From NCBI GenBank assembly GCA_963851405.1, contig CAWKPB010000007.1:351876-415875 (forward strand): DNA of 64,000 bases. The letters run 5' to 3'. The notes beneath the pieces were generated by a model. The model saw only the letters and a program-made list of their open reading frames with translations. It did not search any database and was not told the origin of the DNA. The DNA comes from an uncultured Actinomycetota bacterium. GTDB taxonomy: Bacteria; Actinomycetota; Actinomycetes; DATJPE01. The position numbers were made by a program, and so were the translations under genes. Shown here one piece after another: positions 60,393-64,000 of the stretch. How positions within the stretch are numbered: the stretch's first letter is position 1; every line of letters starts with the position of its first letter.

Positions 60393-60447
60393 AAGTGGTG
60401 CCTTGGGGACGAGTCGGGGGGCGGAATGTCGGGCTATGGCACCAGTT
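60393..60447. repeat. hairpin repeat, F-type copy F2
   Basis: AAGTGGTGCCTT-N31-ATGGCACCAGTT. 5' flank GCCGTACCCCCTC, which also precedes E1. Inner CGGAATGTCGGGC. Confidence 0.75.
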
Positions 60448-60462
60448 GGCGTACGAGCGGGG

Positions 60463-60729
60463 CTACTTGAGGCCGCGGAGGAAGTCCTCGTCGTCGTCGG
60501 GCGCGATCGGTCCGCGGCCACCGCCGCGTCCGCCCCCAGCGCCGCCGCTGCCCGACGAGCCCCACACCCGGCCGACGGTCAGCCACAGCAGCCCGCCGAG
60601 CGCGGGGATCAGGGTGATGAGCACCCACAGCGCCTTCGGCATGACCTTCACGCGGCGCGCCTGCAGCGCATCGATGAAGCAGAAGATGGTGAACCCCAGC
60701 ACGGCGACCAGGGGAAGGATGCGGCTCAC
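60463..60729 (-). CDS. small membrane protein with PLD-nuclease-N-terminal-like (PLDc_N) domain
   Basis: 88 aa with two TM helices. LWVLITLIPALGGLLWL, a Gly-rich tail, and DDDEDFLRGL. Confidence 0.6.
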   Translation of the reverse strand: MSRILPLVAVLGFTIFCFIDALQARRVKVMPKALWVLITLIPALGGLLWLTVGRVWGSSGSGGAGGGRGGGRGPIAPDDDEDFLRGLK

Positions 60730-60776
60730 CCTCCGAGGGTAGATCGGATTCGCGGGCGCCGTACTCTGGGGCCGTC

Positions 60777-61178
60777 ATGCGCACCTTCTGGCTCTACACC
60801 GCAGCCCGCCTGGGGATCCTCGCCGTCACGTTCGGGGTGCTGTACGTCGTGGGCGCCCGCGGCGTGCTGCTGCTCGTCCTCGCCTTCCTCATCAGCTTCC
60901 TCATCTCCTACTGGGCGCTCGCCGGCATGCGCGACCAGCTCGCCGGCGGGGTGCAGAGCCGGGCCGAGCGGATCAACGCCCGGATGGACGCCGCTGCGGC
61001 TGCCGAGGACGCGGACGACGAAGACGAGGGGGCGTACGGCGATCCCGACGCCACCGACGCCCGTTCGACCGAGGCGCCCTCGGTCGATGCGCCAGCCGGT
61101 GGTGCAGACGGCGCAGCCGAAGCGCCCGCCGCCAGCGCCGCTGAGGCCGAGCCGTCGCGTAACACGGTCGACGACTGA
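60777..61178 (+). CDS. DUF4229-like small membrane protein with acidic tail
   Basis: FWLYTAARLGILAVTFGVLYV..LLLVLAFLISFLISY, then an Ala/Asp/Glu-rich C-terminus. Confidence 0.55.
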   Translation: MRTFWLYTAARLGILAVTFGVLYVVGARGVLLLVLAFLISFLISYWALAGMRDQLAGGVQSRAERINARMDAAAAAEDADDEDEGAYGDPDATDARSTEAPSVDAPAGGADGAAEAPAASAAEAEPSRNTVDD

Positions 61179-61238
61179 GCCGTACGCTCCGAGCGCGTGC
61201 CTGCGCGAGTACCAATCCAGCCGCCGGCGACCGTCGTC

Positions 61239-61294
61239 CAGTGGTCGTATACCGAGGCCGGGGCGCCCGGAATGTCGGAATATTCGGCCACTTG
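61239..61294. repeat. hairpin repeat, F-type copy F3 (degenerate)
   Basis: CAGTGGTCG...CGGAATGTCGGAATATTCGGCCACTTG. Flank GGGGCCGTACGGG. Confidence 0.55.
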
Positions 61295-61311
61295 GGGCCG
61301 TACGGGCGCTG

Positions 61312-61342
61312 CAGCGCCACGTCGGCTGTCGGAGTGGCGCTG
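61312..61342. other. perfect 9-bp stem hairpin next to F3
   Basis: CAGCGCCAC-N13-GTGGCGCTG. Confidence 0.5.
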
Positions 61343-61417
61343 ATACCGTCCCACCCCGACCCCGGAACGTCGTTCCAGCTACGAACCAGTCCGAGAAGCC
61401 CAGCCAGGAGCCCAGCC

Positions 61418-62107
61418 GTGACCCTGCTCGACGGTCTGATCCTGCTGCACCTGGTGCTGATGGCGTACTGGCTCGGCGCCGACCTCGGGGTCTTCTACTC
61501 CAGCCGCTACGTGCTCAAGCCGGAGCTGGGCGTCGAGGCCCGGGTGACCGCGCTGAAGATCATGGCGTGGGTCGACATGGTGCCGCGGATCTGCCTGGTG
61601 CTGTTCCTTCCCAGCGGCGTGAGCCTGATGGCGGCGAGTGAGTACGGCGACCAGTTCGTCGGGCTGCCGATCATCGCGGTGTGGGCGTTCGCGCTGTTCT
61701 GGCTGGGGCTGGTGCTCGCCGACCACCACTACACCGGCACCCCCACCGGCGCGCGGATCAAGAACCTCGACCTGCTGATCCGCTTCGGCCTCATCGTCAC
61801 GCTGCTCGTCGTCGGCCTCTACACGATCTTCGCCACCGACCCGTTCGGCGTGACCACCAACCCGAAGTGGCTCGGCGCCAAGGTCGCGCTCTATGCGGTG
61901 GCGATCCTGTGCGGGGTGCTGATCCGGTTCCGGCTGCGGCCCTTCGGCCCGGCGTTCGGGGCGCTGGTCACCACCGGTCCCACCGACGACGTGAACGGCA
62001 TCCTCAAGCGCTCGATCGGCAGCGCGGTACCGTTCGTCATCACCATCTGGGTGCTGATCATCGTGATCGCGGCGCTCGGGGTGGCCAAGCCCGGCGCGAT
62101 CACCTAG
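61418..62107 (+). CDS. polytopic membrane protein of unknown function
   Basis: About 230 aa with about 6 hydrophobic helices. GTG start at 61418; the 5' part of the ORF overlaps repeat F3. Confidence 0.5.
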   Translation: MTLLDGLILLHLVLMAYWLGADLGVFYSSRYVLKPELGVEARVTALKIMAWVDMVPRICLVLFLPSGVSLMAASEYGDQFVGLPIIAVWAFALFWLGLVLADHHYTGTPTGARIKNLDLLIRFGLIVTLLVVGLYTIFATDPFGVTTNPKWLGAKVALYAVAILCGVLIRFRLRPFGPAFGALVTTGPTDDVNGILKRSIGSAVPFVITIWVLIIVIAALGVAKPGAIT

Positions 62108-62158
62108 CTCGACCGGAAAGGCCCGGGACCACCGCGGCCCCCGGCCGGAGAGCCAGGC

Positions 62159-62638
62159 TCAGAGCCAGCGCCGTACCCGGCGGCGGTAGTCCTCGTATCC
62201 CGCGCCGAACAGCCGGCCGAGGTAGGCCTCCTCCGGCACGATCACCAGCCGCTGGGTGAGCACGACACACACCGGCAGCGCGAGCAGCGGCCACCACGAG
62301 CCGACCCACAGCGCGACCCCCGCATAGGCCACGGTCATGCCGGCGTACATCGGGTTACGGCTGAGCCGGTACGGACCGGAGGTGACCATCGCCGACACCG
62401 GATGGCCGGGCGCGAGGGTGGTGTCGTGGCGGACCATCGTCGCCACGCCGGCGAACGCGAACGCCAGCCCGACCACGACCAGGAGTACGCCCAGCGCGGT
62501 CAACACGGTGCTGCTCGGCAGATCCAGCGCTACGACCCAGGTGTTGAGGGCGAGGGTCACCAGCAGGGCACCGATGTAGAGCGCGGGCGGAAAGGGGATC
62601 CGTACCGCGGCTCCGGTCGACGTGGCCTCGGCGCTCAT
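62159..62638 (-). CDS. isoprenylcysteine carboxyl methyltransferase (ICMT)/phospholipid methyltransferase-family membrane protein
   Basis: GPYRLSRNPMYAGM and EEAYLGRLFGAGYEDYRRRVRRWL are the family signature. Confidence 0.75.
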   Translation of the reverse strand: MSAEATSTGAAVRIPFPPALYIGALLVTLALNTWVVALDLPSSTVLTALGVLLVVVGLAFAFAGVATMVRHDTTLAPGHPVSAMVTSGPYRLSRNPMYAGMTVAYAGVALWVGSWWPLLALPVCVVLTQRLVIVPEEAYLGRLFGAGYEDYRRRVRRWL

Positions 62639-63126
62639 CGCGAGCCACCGTCCGAGGGGACGAGCCGGTCGAGCACCCCGGTCTGGGCGAGCATCGCGAA
62701 CCGGTCGGGCACGCCCCAGTGCTCCACGATCAGCCCGTCGACGACGCGCGCGATGTCGATGACGGAGATCTCGACGGGGCGCCCGCTCGGCGGGCCGAAG
62801 AACGGGCCGGAGGCCGTACCCCACGCCCGCATCCGCATCCAGACCCGGTCACCGCTCTCGGCCACATCCTCGATGGCGAACTGGATGTCGGGGACCATCG
62901 CGTGCACATCAACGATGGCCGCCTTGAGGTTCCGGATGGCGTCGGCCCCGACGCCCGCCAACCCGAACTGATGCTCGACCAGGTCGTGGGAACAGACCTC
63001 GTCGACCACCGAGGTGTCGCCGGTCGCGAAGCCCTCCTCGATGATCCGGCGCAGGGCGTTCGTGGGGGGCCGCGAGGTCGGCGCGGGCGGGCCGCTGAGA
63101 TCGGTCGGTGTCACGGTGCCGGTCAT
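62635..63126 (-). CDS. SnoaL-like ester cyclase family protein
   Basis: RRIIEEGFATGDTSVVDEV..., IARVVDGLIVEHWGVPD. 4-nt overlap with the ICMT gene. Confidence 0.65.
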   Translation of the reverse strand: MTGTVTPTDLSGPPAPTSRPPTNALRRIIEEGFATGDTSVVDEVCSHDLVEHQFGLAGVGADAIRNLKAAIVDVHAMVPDIQFAIEDVAESGDRVWMRMRAWGTASGPFFGPPSGRPVEISVIDIARVVDGLIVEHWGVPDRFAMLAQTGVLDRLVPSDGGSR

Positions 63127-63150
63127 GAGCCGCGCTCCTGGCGCTTGAGG

Positions 63151-63205
63151 TGCAGTGATCCTGTAGTGGATACAGTGATACTGCACTAGATGCACTGATA
63201 CTGTC
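63151..63205. promoter_or_regulatory. three direct repeats at exact 20-bp spacing in a divergent promoter (candidate TetR operator)
   Basis: GCAGTGATCCTG (63151), ACAGTGATACTG (63171), GCACTGATACTG (63191). Confidence 0.5.
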
Positions 63206-63211
63206 CTCAGC

Positions 63212-63836
63212 ATGGCCAAGGCTGTCAAGACCCGTCCCACCTACCGGCAGGTGCAGGCAGCTGCGACCCGCGACCGGATCGCCGAAGCGGCGCGGATCTT
63301 GTTTGCCACCAACGGGTACGGCGCGACGAGCATGGACGAGATCGCGAGCGAGGCCGGAGTCGCCGTACGCACCGTCTATTCGGCCTTCGGGGCCAAGCGG
63401 GAGATCGTGTCCCACATCTGCGAGCAGTGGCTGGAGCGTGCCGACGCCCGAGGGCGAGCCCGGGCGATCCTGGCCGAGCCCGACCCGTTGGCCCGCCTGC
63501 GTGGCGCCGCCGGCTGGTTGCGCCAGTTGTACGCCGCGGGGTTCGACGTCGTGACGATCCTGGAGACCGCGACCGACGAGGACGCCGAGACCCGGGCGCT
63601 GCTTGCGCGCCAAGCTGGACGGGCGCAATCAGGTCATGGACCGGCTGATCGCGTCGGTGGAGGGTGAGCTCGCGATCCCCCTTGCGGATGCGCAGTCGAT
63701 CTATCGGGCGTGCGCGGCGGCCGGCGTCTACCGCGAGTTGGTGGAGGAGTCGGGCTGGCCGCCGGACCGATTCGAGCGCTGGACCGCCGATCTCCTGGAG
63801 CGCGAGCTGCTGGGCGGCGGGTCTGAAGGGCCCTGA
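63212..63836 (+). pseudogene. TetR-family transcriptional regulator, frame broken near 63605
   Basis: HTH motif ILFATNGYGATSMDEIASEAGVAVRTVYSAFG. ..ETRALL| continues in another frame as RAKLDGRNQVMDRLIASVEG...*. Confidence 0.75.
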
Positions 63837-63886
63837 CCCCCGCTTGCCGCACGCTGTACCCACGCTGCAACCGCCGCTCACGCGAG

Positions 63887-63946
63887 GTGACCGGCCGACG
63901 CCCGAAAGCCACTGGTGTCGTCCGAGTGGCTCACACGGTCGGTCAC
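63887..63946. repeat. nested hairpin carrying the CCCGAAAG motif (possible further repeat-family member)
   Basis: GTGACCGGCCGAC...CCCGAAAGCCACTGG..CGAGTGGC...GTCGGTCAC. Confidence 0.35.
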
Positions 63947-64000
63947 AATTACTCTCGAGTCCTTGACCGGGGCCTTGCCTCGGGGTTCAATGCAGACAGC

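Noticed and set aside
43159-61294. The hairpin repeats as a CRISPR array.
   Set aside because: Copies are kilobases apart and separated by genes rather than by 30-40 bp spacers. They are inverted-repeat hairpins, and no cas genes are present.
43159-61294. The hairpin repeats as integron attC sites flanking cassettes.
   Set aside because: No intI or attI is present. The bracketed genes lie in both orientations and have their own upstream regions. The arms lack the GTTRRRY R-box.

Overview
High-GC (about 70 %) actinobacterial chromosome segment. The taxon is an inference: Lsr2, ribosomal protein bS22, F420-type enzymes and an LPxTG protein are all present, and the gene order resembles Propionibacteriales/Nocardioidaceae-like genomes. 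The window is mostly core chromosome and joins two blocks whose order is conserved in Mycobacterium. Block 1 (1-13.4 kb) runs lysS-GNAT-lsr2-thioesterase-SDR-clpC-mutY-membrane protein-[cheB-cheR-cheW]-disA-radA. Block 2 (24-59 kb) runs PRODH-proC-[MacAB-like efflux + AcuC]-HTH-bS22-epimerase-acyltransferase-SerB-like HAD-acyl-CoA ligase-glutaredoxin-like-FTR1-rex-hemA-hemC-cobA/hemD-hemB-[10 kb variable island]-hemL-phosphatase-tlpA-ccdA-resB-ccsB. Between and after these blocks lie small metabolic and transport modules: an M20 deacylase with a DDAH-like gene, an ACC deaminase, Ppx/GppA, a CBS protein with an ArsB/NhaD permease, an ABC-2 exporter, an isochorismatase, and a TetR/SnoaL/ICMT group. 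I found no rRNA, tRNA, CRISPR array, transposase or integrase. Four things stand out. (1) A superfamily of 55-110 bp hairpin (REP-like) intergenic repeats has at least 12 copies in three or four subtypes, and closely matched pairs bracket discrete gene modules. (2) Two diverged paralogues of an uncharacterised AbiEi-like/DUF559 (Vsr-fold endonuclease-like) gene are each framed by a same-subtype repeat pair. They flank the hemL-ccsB block in convergent orientation. (3) An orphan, translationally coupled cheB(pseudo-receiver)-cheR(TPR)-cheW operon lies in the mutY-disA interval, with no cheA, cheY or MCP gene in the window. (4) At least 11 single-base indels disrupt otherwise well-conserved genes, including the normally essential hemB, resB and ccsB. 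All of them lie in the 32-64 kb half, which points to homopolymer-type sequencing error rather than real decay. All functional calls come from reading the translated ORFs by eye; no database search was run.
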